60,166 nt of DNA from Eubacteriales bacterium (GTDB lineage: Bacteria > Bacillota > Clostridia > Saccharofermentanales > UBA5734). The notes beneath the pieces were generated by a model that was given only the letters and a program-made list of their open reading frames with translations, was not told the origin of the DNA and did not search any database. The number at the start of each line of letters is the position of its first letter. Within the stretch, counting starts at the first letter, position 1. A program made the translations under genes and the position numbers. This document shows, piece after piece, positions 1 to 9,156 of this stretch. Where the stretch lies: positions 1-60,166 of the forward strand of contig JAQVJP010000003.1 of the NCBI GenBank assembly GCA_028695145.1, in the 5' to 3' direction.

Positions 1-255
1 ATCATTGATTTTGTATATGAGAGTTCAAGACCGGAGGTCGAACAGGCCGTGTTCAAAGTGACTGCCAGATATCCAATGTCAATCATCGGAAATGATTTGA
101 GAATGAAGGAGGAGTTCATATCACTGAGATTCGAAATATCTTATATTGTTCAAAATCAGGCAGAGTCAACAATGCCGGAAGTGACTCCGAATGTTGCTGT
201 AGAGAACGATCTGCCGGTTATAAAAATTGCGTTAAGAACTGCCGAGGTTTTGTAG
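1..255 (+). CDS. 3' end of a gene entering from upstream of the window (open frame from nt 1, stop at 253-255); hypothetical protein
   Basis: Frame +1 is open from position 1 with no stop until 255; the ORF track shows only the internal Met at 49. No recognizable motif. Confidence 0.3.
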   Translation: MIDFVYESSRPEVEQAVFKVTARYPMSIIGNDLRMKEEFISLRFEISYIVQNQAESTMPEVTPNVAVENDLPVIKIALRTAEVL

Positions 256-293
256 ATATCGCTCTTCTTGTTTTTGCGATTCCTCTCCTGATT

Positions 294-725
294 ATGCTGC
301 CGATTCTCTGTAATCTCATAATTGCCAGTGCTGATTATTGCCGCATGGATGCAGCGTCCAGTATAGTTGGCTTGGTTTTAGCTCAGTCAGATCAGTTTGA
401 TGCGGTTAAACGTCAGGTTAACGTGAACGGTCAGGCTACAGATTGCTTCGATTTAACTGATGAGCATCGGGATTTTTTGCTAAACACTGCTGAGCAGGCT
501 TTTGAAGCTAACGCGATCGGTGACGCGGTAATCACAGATTTGTCATTTTACCGGACGATGGAACAATTTTCTGCTGATAATGTGCTTCTGACTACCATGA
601 TTGATTCTACCTATGGAATCGCTGATCATGATGGCAACATGCTGACCGATTGTAGATTTCACGTCTATTTCCCGGCAAACCATGATCAAGTCGATAATGG
701 AGGTTTGGAAAATGTCCAGGATTAG
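294..725 (+). CDS. hypothetical acidic protein (function unknown; possibly part of Tad/Flp-like cluster)
   Basis: 143-aa ORF immediately upstream of and overlapping a CpaB-like gene; no TM segment or known motif recognized. Confidence 0.3.
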   Translation: MLPILCNLIIASADYCRMDAASSIVGLVLAQSDQFDAVKRQVNVNGQATDCFDLTDEHRDFLLNTAEQAFEANAIGDAVITDLSFYRTMEQFSADNVLLTTMIDSTYGIADHDGNMLTDCRFHVYFPANHDQVDNGGLENVQD

Positions 726-1350
726 ACAAGTTATATTTGCTGTTGCAGCTGCCCTGATCATCGGTTTAGGTCTATGGTTGATGAGGCCTGTAGCAGATAA
801 TTATGAGAGCAAAATTATTTATAAAATGAAAGCAGATGTAAGGGCAGGTCAAGAAATCAAGAAAGATGACCTTATTGAGGTTCAGGTGCCGGCAGAAATG
901 CTAACCGAAGGATATATTGATTCGCCTGAATCAATATATGGCTATTATGCCAGCCATGATCTTGCTTCAGGTGAGTTTATACATCAGGGGAGTCTGAGTG
1001 CGCAACCCTCGGGTTTAGTTTATGAGCATCAACCAGCCGGGGCACGACTGATGACACTTAAACTGAATTCGGATCAGGCAAACGGCTTCTGGCTGGCGGC
1101 AGGTAGCAGAGTGGATATTGATCTGGTGGCCAGAGATCCGGACATTAAACCCCGTGTTATCAGTCTTGAAAATGTTGAAGTCGCTGCGGTGTTGGGCTGT
1201 GATGATAATACCGCGGCTACTGGATATAATAATCCGACAGCTGCAAAAACACCTCTTATTTGTTTGTCTCTTGAACGAGATCAGGTCATGATTTTGTCGT
1301 CGGAAATGATAAATAGAGAGATACGCCTTAGTGTAATTTGTAACAAATAA
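712..1350 (+). CDS. Flp/Tad pilus assembly protein CpaB/RcpC-like (SAF domain) with N-terminal TM anchor
   Basis: Start chosen at ATG 712 preceded by GGAGG (spacing about 9). N-terminal hydrophobic helix (VIFAVAAALIIGLGLWL) followed by SAF-like beta-rich region, as in CpaB. Confidence 0.5.
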   Translation: MSRIRQVIFAVAAALIIGLGLWLMRPVADNYESKIIYKMKADVRAGQEIKKDDLIEVQVPAEMLTEGYIDSPESIYGYYASHDLASGEFIHQGSLSAQPSGLVYEHQPAGARLMTLKLNSDQANGFWLAAGSRVDIDLVARDPDIKPRVISLENVEVAAVLGCDDNTAATGYNNPTAAKTPLICLSLERDQVMILSSEMINREIRLSVICNK

Positions 1351-1439
1351 ACTTGTTGACTATCTGCGTGCTGACATATCAACACGAGTAAGTTTACACA
1401 CACCTGCTTTTCTGATATTATGAAGAGCAGGTGATTTTT

Positions 1440-2423
1440 ATGTTTGAGGATCTTTTGCCAGCTGTTGAGCGTGGTGTAATGGACGTTGCCGGGTCTATTC
1501 CAGTTGTTTTCAAAGGAATAGAGAGAACTTATGAAAAAGGTACTGTTTTATCAGGTCCCAGTCGGCACGACTACCATGAACTAACATATATGCGCAGCGG
1601 ACGGGCTGAGTTTGAAATAGAAGGTAGAAAAATGGCGCTGGAAAAAGGCGCTACTCTTGTCATACGCCCAGGCATGGCTCATACAATCAGACTTGATGAC
1701 AGTTATGCTGATATGATCGTTCTGTATTTTGGTTTCTCCAAGAAGTTCTCAGAGAATATCAGACGTGGTGATATGCCCGGCAGAGCAGATATCGCACCGG
1801 AGACTATTGAACAATTTGTCAAGTTTGCCAGCGGCAAGGATCAGCAGTCAGAAGAAGAACGGGTAAAAGAACCGTTTTTACTGATCAAGGGTAAGAGCCG
1901 GCAGGATATAGCTGCTTTGGTAGAGCGGATTTTGCGCGAAAATAGACAGGAAGCTTATGGCAAGGATATCATGATGCAGCTTCTGGCTATGGAACTTCTT
2001 GTTGCGCTTGCACGTGGTTTGCGTGAGGAATGGGAAGAGAGTCTCAGAGTTAAAACCGGTAAGGCCAGGGAATTGGTAAAAATAGCCCGTGATTTCATTA
2101 TCAGAAATCATGACCGCGATATTTCTGTTGCTGAGGCGGCTTCGTACGTTTTTTTAAGTCAAGGTTATTTTACCAGAGCTTTTCGAGATGAAACCGGTAT
2201 AAGTCCGATGGCTTTTCTTATGCAGGTTCGTGTAGATCATGCCTGTAAGCTGCTTGAACAGCAGGATATAAAAGTCAGTGGTGTGGCTGCGCAAGTTGGC
2301 TTTTCGAGCCCGCAGAGATTTAACGCTGCCTTCCGCAAATTGATTGGAATGACACCTATGGCTTACCGCCGTAAAATTATAGAAGCTGGGCCTTTGGCAA
2401 GATCGGCAGATTTGTCTGATTAG
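1440..2423 (+). CDS. AraC family transcriptional regulator (cupin sensor + AraC-type HTH)
   Basis: C-terminal dual HTH typical of AraC/XylS (…AEAASYVFLSQGYFTRAFRDETGISPMAFLMQVRVDHACKLL…), N-terminal cupin-like domain. Track start 1431 is GTG; the ATG at 1440 is more likely. Confidence 0.8.
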   Translation: MFEDLLPAVERGVMDVAGSIPVVFKGIERTYEKGTVLSGPSRHDYHELTYMRSGRAEFEIEGRKMALEKGATLVIRPGMAHTIRLDDSYADMIVLYFGFSKKFSENIRRGDMPGRADIAPETIEQFVKFASGKDQQSEEERVKEPFLLIKGKSRQDIAALVERILRENRQEAYGKDIMMQLLAMELLVALARGLREEWEESLRVKTGKARELVKIARDFIIRNHDRDISVAEAASYVFLSQGYFTRAFRDETGISPMAFLMQVRVDHACKLLEQQDIKVSGVAAQVGFSSPQRFNAAFRKLIGMTPMAYRRKIIEAGPLARSADLSD

Positions 2424-2490
2424 CAAAAGCTCCCGAATAGGACAGAAAGACGTGCAAGTCAGAATGGTTTTTACATTGTGAGGTTAGGAT

Positions 2491-3093
2491 ATGAGTGATT
2501 ATAAATTGAGTGCTGATTCGGTTGGTTCAGGTGTTGACCAGGAGAGAGTTAAAAAAGCTGTGAGAGAAATTCTCTTCGCAATCGGTGAGGATCCGGACAG
2601 GCCGGGACTCGTGGAGACTCCTGACAGAGTCGCCAGAATGTATGAAGAGATTTTTGCTGGTCTACATAATGATGTCAGAGATAGTATCAAGGTGTTCAAT
2701 GAACCAGATAATGATGAAATGATTTTAGTTGGTGACATTCCGTTTTATTCGATGTGCGAACACCATCTGCTTCCTTTTGTCGGTCGTGCCCACGTAGTAT
2801 ATATACCACATAAGGGTAAAATTCTCGGCCTGAGTAAAATTGCCAGAATTGTGGACATGATGTCACGAAAACCACAATTGCAGGAGCGTATGACATCGCA
2901 GATAGCTGATATGATTGTGGAGGCTGTAGACCCGCTTGGAGTAGCTGTTGTCCTGGAGGCGGAACACTTATGTATGACTATGAGAGGCATCAAAAAACCT
3001 GGATCGGAAACAGTGACCTCCGCGCTTAGAGGGTTGTGTAAAAAAGACGCTCGATCGCGTTCTGAAGCGATGGCTTTGATTCATCGAAAATGA
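2491..3093 (+). CDS. folE: GTP cyclohydrolase I
   Basis: 200 aa with the conserved MCEHHLLPF motif and typical FolE length. Confidence 0.9.
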   Translation: MSDYKLSADSVGSGVDQERVKKAVREILFAIGEDPDRPGLVETPDRVARMYEEIFAGLHNDVRDSIKVFNEPDNDEMILVGDIPFYSMCEHHLLPFVGRAHVVYIPHKGKILGLSKIARIVDMMSRKPQLQERMTSQIADMIVEAVDPLGVAVVLEAEHLCMTMRGIKKPGSETVTSALRGLCKKDARSRSEAMALIHRK

Positions 3094-3132
3094 AGCATGA
3101 CTGTTTAGAATTGATGCAAATGAGGAATGGAA

Positions 3133-4428
3133 ATGATCATTAACGCAGGACGTCACAAGATAGAAATCGGCAGAAGAACTCTACTGATGGGTATTCTTAA
3201 TACAACACCGGATTCTTTTTCTGATGGTGGTGATTTTTATGCGTCGGTCGATGCTTATGAACAGATTGATAGAATGATTGCTGAGGGCGCTGACATTATT
3301 GATATTGGCGGAGAGTCGTCAAGGCCGGGCAGCGAGCCCGTAGATGCTCAGCAGGAAATTTTAAGAATTAAACCGGCGCTTGATTATCTGCGGGAGAATT
3401 ATCCTCATATTCCAGTGTCGGTAGACACATGGAAACACGAGGTGGCACAAGCCGCGCTATCTGCGGGAGCATCCATTATAAATGACATATATGGCTTGTT
3501 GGCTGACCCGCAGCTTGCCCATGTTATCAGCCGTTTCAATGCGGCGGTTGTGTTGATGCATAACGCTGTGTCCTACAGAACTGATCAAGCGAGTGTGGGG
3601 GCTTTTGCCAATGCTTGGAGGATGCAGGTGGACCAGGCAGAAAAATATAGCCGTTCGAATCTGTTCGAAGCAATACATCGTCAACTTGAGGATAGTATAA
3701 TTGTTGCCAGAGCAGCCGGAATATCTGATTCTTCTATTATAATTGATCCGGGTCTCGGTTTTGGAGTTGAATCGGGAGAAAATTTTGGAATTATAGAAGG
3801 TCTTGCTTCTTTAAAAACATTTGGGTTTCCTATTCTGGTGGCACCGTCACGTAAACGATTTATAGGTGATGTTCTTGAACTGCCTGCTTGTGAAAGAGAT
3901 ATAGGAACAGCTGCTGTTTTGGCTATTGCTATTCGGCATGGTGCTGATATTGTCAGGGTTCATAATGTTTCTATTTGCAGACAGGCCGCGTTGATAGCCG
4001 ATAAATTCAAGAGTGGATTTGGATCAGATTTGTTTTCGAAGGGTTCTGTCAAGAGCGAAGATGAACATGACCGAATAATTATGAAAGGCATGGCATTCTA
4101 TGGTTATATAGGCTGTTTGCCGGAAGAACAGCGACTTGGACAGCGCTTCGTGATTGATTGTACTATTGGTCTTAAGACAAATCAGGCTTCGATAACCGAT
4201 AATTTAACAGATTCAGTGAGTTATGCCGATATTTATTCCATGATCAATGATATAATGACCGGGAGCCGTTTTAACTTGATTGAACGGTTGGCAGGATATA
4301 TAGCTGAAAAAATTCTGTCGGAATTTTCCGGTGTTGCCTGCGTAGAGGTTTGTGTCAGCAAGCCGCAGGCGCCAGTTGCGGGATTGTTCGAAAATATGCA
4401 GGTTTGCGTGAAACGGACAGCTCTGTAA
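3133..4428 (+). CDS. folP: bifunctional dihydropteroate synthase / dihydroneopterin aldolase (FolP-FolB fusion)
   Basis: N-terminal DHPS signature (GILNTTPDSFSDGG, pterin-binding TIM barrel); the C-terminal roughly 120 aa match FolB (MKGMAFYGYIGCLPEEQRLGQRFVIDCTI). GAGGA RBS favours the ATG at 3133 over 3127. Confidence 0.85.
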   Translation: MIINAGRHKIEIGRRTLLMGILNTTPDSFSDGGDFYASVDAYEQIDRMIAEGADIIDIGGESSRPGSEPVDAQQEILRIKPALDYLRENYPHIPVSVDTWKHEVAQAALSAGASIINDIYGLLADPQLAHVISRFNAAVVLMHNAVSYRTDQASVGAFANAWRMQVDQAEKYSRSNLFEAIHRQLEDSIIVARAAGISDSSIIIDPGLGFGVESGENFGIIEGLASLKTFGFPILVAPSRKRFIGDVLELPACERDIGTAAVLAIAIRHGADIVRVHNVSICRQAALIADKFKSGFGSDLFSKGSVKSEDEHDRIIMKGMAFYGYIGCLPEEQRLGQRFVIDCTIGLKTNQASITDNLTDSVSYADIYSMINDIMTGSRFNLIERLAGYIAEKILSEFSGVACVEVCVSKPQAPVAGLFENMQVCVKRTAL

Positions 4429-4454
4429 ATTAATACGAGGTTGATAGAACGCTT

Positions 4455-4919
4455 ATGAATAATTCGTGGCTCGAGGCGGTACTCTCACTTGGTTCAAATC
4501 TTGGAGATAGATTGCTCCTGCTTAGGGAGTCTCTGCATCAGCTTGAACTGGATTCCGGTATCGAGATAATTGCTGTTTCTTCTGTGTATGAAACAGATCC
4601 GGTCGGGTATCTTGATCAACCGGCATTCTATAATATAGTTATAAAAATTATGACTGAGCACAGTCCGGAGCAGCTTCTGACAATATGCCAGAAAATTGAG
4701 AAAAAATTTCATCGTGAGCGCAAGGTGCGGTGGGGGCCAAGAACAATAGATATTGACATTCTTACTTATGATGATATAAGTATTGACAAGCCGGATTTAA
4801 CTATTCCTCATCCAAGAATGAATGAGCGAGAATTTGTTATGCTGCCTCTTCAGGAGTTAATAACCGGCCAGGTACAGGTTTCGGCAGCTGTAAGACCCAT
4901 CTTTTCAAATTGGTATTGA
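4455..4919 (+). CDS. folK: 2-amino-4-hydroxy-6-hydroxymethyldihydropteridine pyrophosphokinase
   Basis: HPPK signature (…WGPRTIDIDIL…) and typical 154-aa length. Confidence 0.85.
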   Translation: MNNSWLEAVLSLGSNLGDRLLLLRESLHQLELDSGIEIIAVSSVYETDPVGYLDQPAFYNIVIKIMTEHSPEQLLTICQKIEKKFHRERKVRWGPRTIDIDILTYDDISIDKPDLTIPHPRMNEREFVMLPLQELITGQVQVSAAVRPIFSNWY

Positions 4920-4945
4920 ACTTATCGTATTTATCGGGAGGAACT

Positions 4946-5584
4946 ATGAGCCAGGAAAGTAATGCACAAAACAAAACCACAGATAATAACAATCAAAATA
5001 ACAATCAAAATAACAATCAGAATAATAATCAGAATAACAGTCGGAAAAACAGCAGAAACAATAGCACAAGAAGGCATTATCGAGAAATCAACGGTAATAA
5101 TGATAATTCTGCGGCATCTGGTGCTGTTGCGTCTTCGGATAACCGGCAATCCCGTGATGACAATTCTGGGGGTTCCGTAAACCGGCAGGGCGGTAATCGT
5201 CCGCCTAAGAACCGTCGGCCGCGAAATCGAAAACCAGCATCAGGAAATAATGCCGCCGCCGGTCCTGTTGAACGCAAAGAGAACCCAACATATGCCGCGA
5301 AGAACAGCGGACAGAAAAATAATTCAAATAACGAGAATGGCAAGAACACGAATGATGCTGTAAAACAATCGAGACGAGATAATAATGGCAATCCAAACAG
5401 AAATCAGAATCGCCAGAATCGCCAGCCTAAGAATCGGCCGGTTCAGGAAGCCCGCACTCATCGTTGGGAAAAACGTGTTAAAGCTGAAGAGACAGTAGAT
5501 GATATTAAAAGAGATATTGAGCGTATTGAGAAAGAAATCTGGCTCGATATTGCTGGTATTCATACAATAAAACTTGATTTTTAA
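4946..5584 (+). CDS. N/Q/R-rich highly basic low-complexity protein with a conserved-looking C-terminal helical segment; function unknown
   Basis: ATG at 4946 preceded by GGGAGGA; the track start at 4910 is TTG. 213 aa, more than 25% Asn, containing (NNNQ)4, many R/K and a C-terminal …KRDIERIEKEIWLDIAGIHTIKLDF. No stop in frame. Confidence 0.5.
   Translation: MSQESNAQNKTTDNNNQNNNQNNNQNNNQNNSRKNSRNNSTRRHYREINGNNDNSAASGAVASSDNRQSRDDNSGGSVNRQGGNRPPKNRRPRNRKPASGNNAAAGPVERKENPTYAAKNSGQKNNSNNENGKNTNDAVKQSRRDNNGNPNRNQNRQNRQPKNRPVQEARTHRWEKRVKAEETVDDIKRDIERIEKEIWLDIAGIHTIKLDF
4988..5035 (+). repeat. four tandem copies of a 12-nt unit (aacaatcaaaat / aacaatcagaat / aataatcagaat) encoding (NNNQ)4
   Basis: Direct inspection of the sequence; copies are perfect or near-perfect. 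Confidence 0.85.
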
Positions 5585-5601
5585 TCTGGTGATTTTGTCG
5601 T

Positions 5602-7122
5602 ATGTTGCCTTTTGATAAGAAAATGAACCTGCCCTTGACAGACGCCCTTATGCAGTTTAATGCATCGGGGCGGTTTTCGTGGCATATGCCGGGGCACAGA
5701 AATGGCAGGCAATGGCCTGAACTCTTTCGGGAGAACTTGTATTTGCTTGATGCTACAGAACTGCATCAGACTGATGATCTTTTAAATCCAGTTGGACCGG
5801 CTGGGAAATCTCTAAAAATGGCCGCACGGTTTTGCGGTGCCGGTTGGACTCGTTACATAACCTGTGGAAGTACATGTGGTATTCTTGCTCTTCTTGCTGC
5901 CTGTCCGGGACATGGAGGTAGAATTCTTGTTAGTCGGGCTTCTCATCAATCTGTGCTTCATGCTGCGATGTTGCTTGATTTACAAATAGGTTGGATTGAA
6001 GCCAGCCTATGGCCTGAGTTATACTCGGACGATTCCGTTCCTCAACCGCTTCTGCCTCAGGTTGGTGTTGCTGATTTTCGCCGTGCTGTAGCGTCGTTTG
6101 GTAGTTATGACGCTGTTTTCTTAACTTCTCCGGATTATTATGGATCCTGTGCTCAAATCAAAGAAATTGCTGATGAGGCTCATGCTGTGGGCGCGGTTGT
6201 TCTCGTTGACGAGGCCCATGGTGCTCATTTAGCCCTCGGTTCCGAATTTCTGCCGGCATCTGCTATGCGTCAAAATGCTGATGCGTGTGTACAGAGCGCG
6301 CATAAGACATTGCCGGCGCTCACGCCGGCGTCTCTTCTTCATGTTTCTGAATCAGCGATCGCAAATGGCCGCATTGATCCCGGAACTGTCAATGCGATGC
6401 TGAAAATATTTCATACATCAAGTCCTTCTTTTTTAATAGCTGCCAGCATTGAGGTTTCACTTGATTGGCTGAAGTATAGCGGGCATGGTTTTATAAAACA
6501 GCAGATGCTTAATATCGAATGGCTGGGTCAAAACCTTGCGGGGGTTGTGCAGGTTACAGGAACAGCTGTAACTAAACCTAATTGTGCTGACAGAGATCCC
6601 TTGCGCATTATGATGACTATGCCTGATGCTATATCTGCAGCCGATATCAACTTGAAACTACAAGGACAAAATATTGATGTTGAAATGAGTGATTTAAGAC
6701 GACTTATTTTGATTCCCGCGATTGACCAGACCCGTCAGGAATATTTGCTCCTGGCAGAAGCACTTCGCTCGATTATTGATGGATTGCCTGAACATGTGTT
6801 ATATTCGACAGCCAAAAATGAAGGTAAATCTTCAATCGCTGAAACTGAAGCAAGCTGGCGGCAAATTATGTGCAGAAAACCTAATATGATTCTGCAAGCA
6901 TCACAATTAATGCCAGGACTTATGAAGACTGAGCAGATAGACGTCTCACAGTCCGTTGGACGTGTCTCTGCCCGGGCTGTGGTACCTTATCCTCCAGGTA
7001 TACCTCTGCTGTGGCCAGGTGAACATATTGATGCTGAAATACTTGCATTAATTACTGCTTTGCGTCAAAATGGTGTAGGTCTGACGGGAATTGAGCATGA
7101 AATGGTGACAGTTCTTGTCTGA
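5602..7122 (+). CDS. Orn/Lys/Arg decarboxylase family PLP-dependent enzyme (YaaO-like)
   Basis: 506 aa; PLP-lysine context SAHKTLPALT; position upstream of tmk as in the Bacillus yaaO-tmk arrangement. Confidence 0.8.
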   Translation: MLPFDKKMNLPLTDALMQFNASGRFSWHMPGHRNGRQWPELFRENLYLLDATELHQTDDLLNPVGPAGKSLKMAARFCGAGWTRYITCGSTCGILALLAACPGHGGRILVSRASHQSVLHAAMLLDLQIGWIEASLWPELYSDDSVPQPLLPQVGVADFRRAVASFGSYDAVFLTSPDYYGSCAQIKEIADEAHAVGAVVLVDEAHGAHLALGSEFLPASAMRQNADACVQSAHKTLPALTPASLLHVSESAIANGRIDPGTVNAMLKIFHTSSPSFLIAASIEVSLDWLKYSGHGFIKQQMLNIEWLGQNLAGVVQVTGTAVTKPNCADRDPLRIMMTMPDAISAADINLKLQGQNIDVEMSDLRRLILIPAIDQTRQEYLLLAEALRSIIDGLPEHVLYSTAKNEGKSSIAETEASWRQIMCRKPNMILQASQLMPGLMKTEQIDVSQSVGRVSARAVVPYPPGIPLLWPGEHIDAEILALITALRQNGVGLTGIEHEMVTVLV

Positions 7123-7191
7123 TAAGTTTCATCAGAGGGCATAATGATGTATAATAATGAGCATATACAGAAGTCTGAAGGAGGAGATCGT

Positions 7192-7821
7192 TTGAATAGA
7201 GGACGCTTTCTGACTTTGGAGGGTATAGATGGCAGCGGCAAGACAACACAGATAGCACATATCGCTGAAATTCTCAGAGCTTCCGGCGAAGAGGCTATGT
7301 TGCTTAGAGAACCAGGCGGTACCTTGATAAGTGAAGAAATCAGAGGTGTTTTGCTTAATAAGCAGAATACCGCGATGTCAGTGGAGACTGAACTGCTGTT
7401 ATTTGCGGCAGCCAGAGCTCAGCTGGTTCGAGAAGTCATAGAACCTGCTCTTGCAAGAGGTGTGTGGGTGGTTTGTGATCGTTTTATGGATTCAACCACG
7501 GCTTACCAAGGGTATGGCAGGCAGATAGATCTCGACCTGATTAATCAGCTTAACAGTATTGCTGTTGGGGGCTGCATACCAGACATAACAATATTGTTTG
7601 ATTTATCTGTGGATCATGCGGCGGCAAGACTTGCCGGCAGGAGTGGCAAAACGGATCGACTTGATTTGGAGAGCAGGGCTTTTGCGCAGAGAACTCGACT
7701 CGGCTACCTCGAAATAGCGGCCTCGGAGCCTGAACGTTTCAGAATAGTTGACGCAGAAATGACAGAGGATCAAATAGCACAACAGATAAAAAGCATTATA
7801 AGGGAGGGCACAAGCCTATGA
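7192..7821 (+). CDS. tmk: thymidylate kinase
   Basis: P-loop LEGIDGSGKTTQ. Start assigned to TTG 7192, with GGAGGAG 7-8 nt upstream giving the typical Tmk N-terminus; the ATG at 7144 is the alternative. Confidence 0.85.
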   Translation: MNRGRFLTLEGIDGSGKTTQIAHIAEILRASGEEAMLLREPGGTLISEEIRGVLLNKQNTAMSVETELLLFAAARAQLVREVIEPALARGVWVVCDRFMDSTTAYQGYGRQIDLDLINQLNSIAVGGCIPDITILFDLSVDHAAARLAGRSGKTDRLDLESRAFAQRTRLGYLEIAASEPERFRIVDAEMTEDQIAQQIKSIIREGTSL

Positions 7822-8147
7822 AACTGATTTATGCGATTGTTCACGATGAGGACAGCCCCAGGCTGATGGCTGAGCTTAATCGAGCCGGTTATCGCGTAAC
7901 CAAGCTGAATTCTACAGGTGGTTTCCTTAGATCAGGAAATACAACATTGATGATTGTTGTGGATGATGAGCAGCTTGAGGAAGTTCTGGGAATTATTCGT
8001 AAATTCTCCAGCAGCCGCCAGGCAGCTATAAATACAAATGTAACACCCTCGTCGATGGGTGGTTCATATATACCATATCCTGTTGAGGTTATGGTCGGCG
8101 GAGCAACAGTTTTTGTTTTGAACGTCGAGCATTTCGAGAAAATGTGA
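7818..8147 (+). CDS. darA: cyclic-di-AMP receptor protein DarA (PII-like, DUF970/YaaQ)
   Basis: 109 aa; MKLIYAIVHDED…GYRVTKLNSTGGFLRSGNTTLMIVVDDEQL matches the YaaQ/DarA family; ATGA overlap with tmk. Confidence 0.8.
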   Translation: MKLIYAIVHDEDSPRLMAELNRAGYRVTKLNSTGGFLRSGNTTLMIVVDDEQLEEVLGIIRKFSSSRQAAINTNVTPSSMGGSYIPYPVEVMVGGATVFVLNVEHFEKM

Positions 8148-8148
8148 A

Positions 8149-9156
8149 ATGTTGTTTCCTCATCTGACAGGACAGGAAGTTCTGAAAAGACGCCTTGCTG
8201 CCGCAGCTGAAGCCGGCACGGGGCATGCATATCTTTTTTCCGGAGCTGCCGGTTCAGGCAGACATGTTTTTGCCAAGGCTTATGCTCAGATGCTTTTGTG
8301 TGAAAACCCAGGAGAAGAAGGTGCCTGCGGACAGTGTGATGCCTGCAGGCATTTTGTGCATGGCATACATCCGGATTTTAAGAGTCTTGAACTTGTTGAG
8401 AAAGAAAAAAACATTAAGGTTGAGAGAGTCAGACAGCTGTGTTCTGATTTGTCCATGCAGCCTCAGATTGGGACACGTAAGATTTATCTTATTGATGCTG
8501 ACAATTTAAACGAACAAGGACAAAACGCTTTGCTTAAATCGCTGGAGGAGCCACCTGCTTATGTGGTATTTATCTTAATTGCCTCCGGTACGCACAAGCT
8601 GTTACCGACCGTGTTGTCCCGTTTGACAAATTTAGCGCTGCAGCGTTATTCCAATGAGCAGCTTGAACAAATATTGACTGAAGCCGGCTACCTGGAAGGT
8701 GATAAGCTAAACTTCTTGATACGCTATGCCAATGGATTGCCGGGGAGAGCTCTGGATCTTGCTGCCAACGAACAATTTGGGAAACTTAGACAGGAGACAG
8801 CTGACTTCTACCTGTCGATAGCTGCCAACAGCCGGTTGAATCTGCTCAGTGAGGGTTTTTCCTTCTTCGACGAGAGACGTGATAGCTGCAGGTTGATCTT
8901 ATCGATTATGTCCAGCATGATCAGGGATCAACTGCTGCTGGCATCTCAGGCCGACGAGTCGCTGATGGTAAATCAGGATTTAGCTCAGCAGCTGAAAAGA
9001 ACAGTCGCTGAACATGGCGTTGAATCACGTACGCATTTGTGGCGGGGATACGACGCCTTGCGCGAAGCTGACCGTGCATTTTCACTAAATGTCAGTTTTG
9101 AAGTTTTAGTATGTCAATTATTGCTTTCTTTGCGAAAGGAGCTGGCAAATGCCTAA
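8149..9156 (+). CDS. holB: DNA polymerase III subunit delta prime
   Basis: AAA+-like N-terminus (LFSGAAGSGRHVFAKAYAQMLLC), zinc-module Cys cluster (CGQCDACRHF), conserved position after tmk/darA. Confidence 0.8.
   Translation: MLFPHLTGQEVLKRRLAAAAEAGTGHAYLFSGAAGSGRHVFAKAYAQMLLCENPGEEGACGQCDACRHFVHGIHPDFKSLELVEKEKNIKVERVRQLCSDLSMQPQIGTRKIYLIDADNLNEQGQNALLKSLEEPPAYVVFILIASGTHKLLPTVLSRLTNLALQRYSNEQLEQILTEAGYLEGDKLNFLIRYANGLPGRALDLAANEQFGKLRQETADFYLSIAANSRLNLLSEGFSFFDERRDSCRLILSIMSSMIRDQLLLASQADESLMVNQDLAQQLKRTVAEHGVESRTHLWRGYDALREADRAFSLNVSFEVLVCQLLLSLRKELANA

Noticed and set aside
5077-5563. Minus-strand ORFs (104 aa and 79 aa) inside the N-rich protein gene
   Set aside because: They are generated by the A/T-rich repetitive sequence on the opposite strand of a gene that has a strong RBS; Phe/Leu-rich nonsense products.
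8195-8509. 104-aa ORF in an alternative + frame within holB
   Set aside because: It overlaps the conserved HolB coding frame; composition is typical of an out-of-frame artefact.
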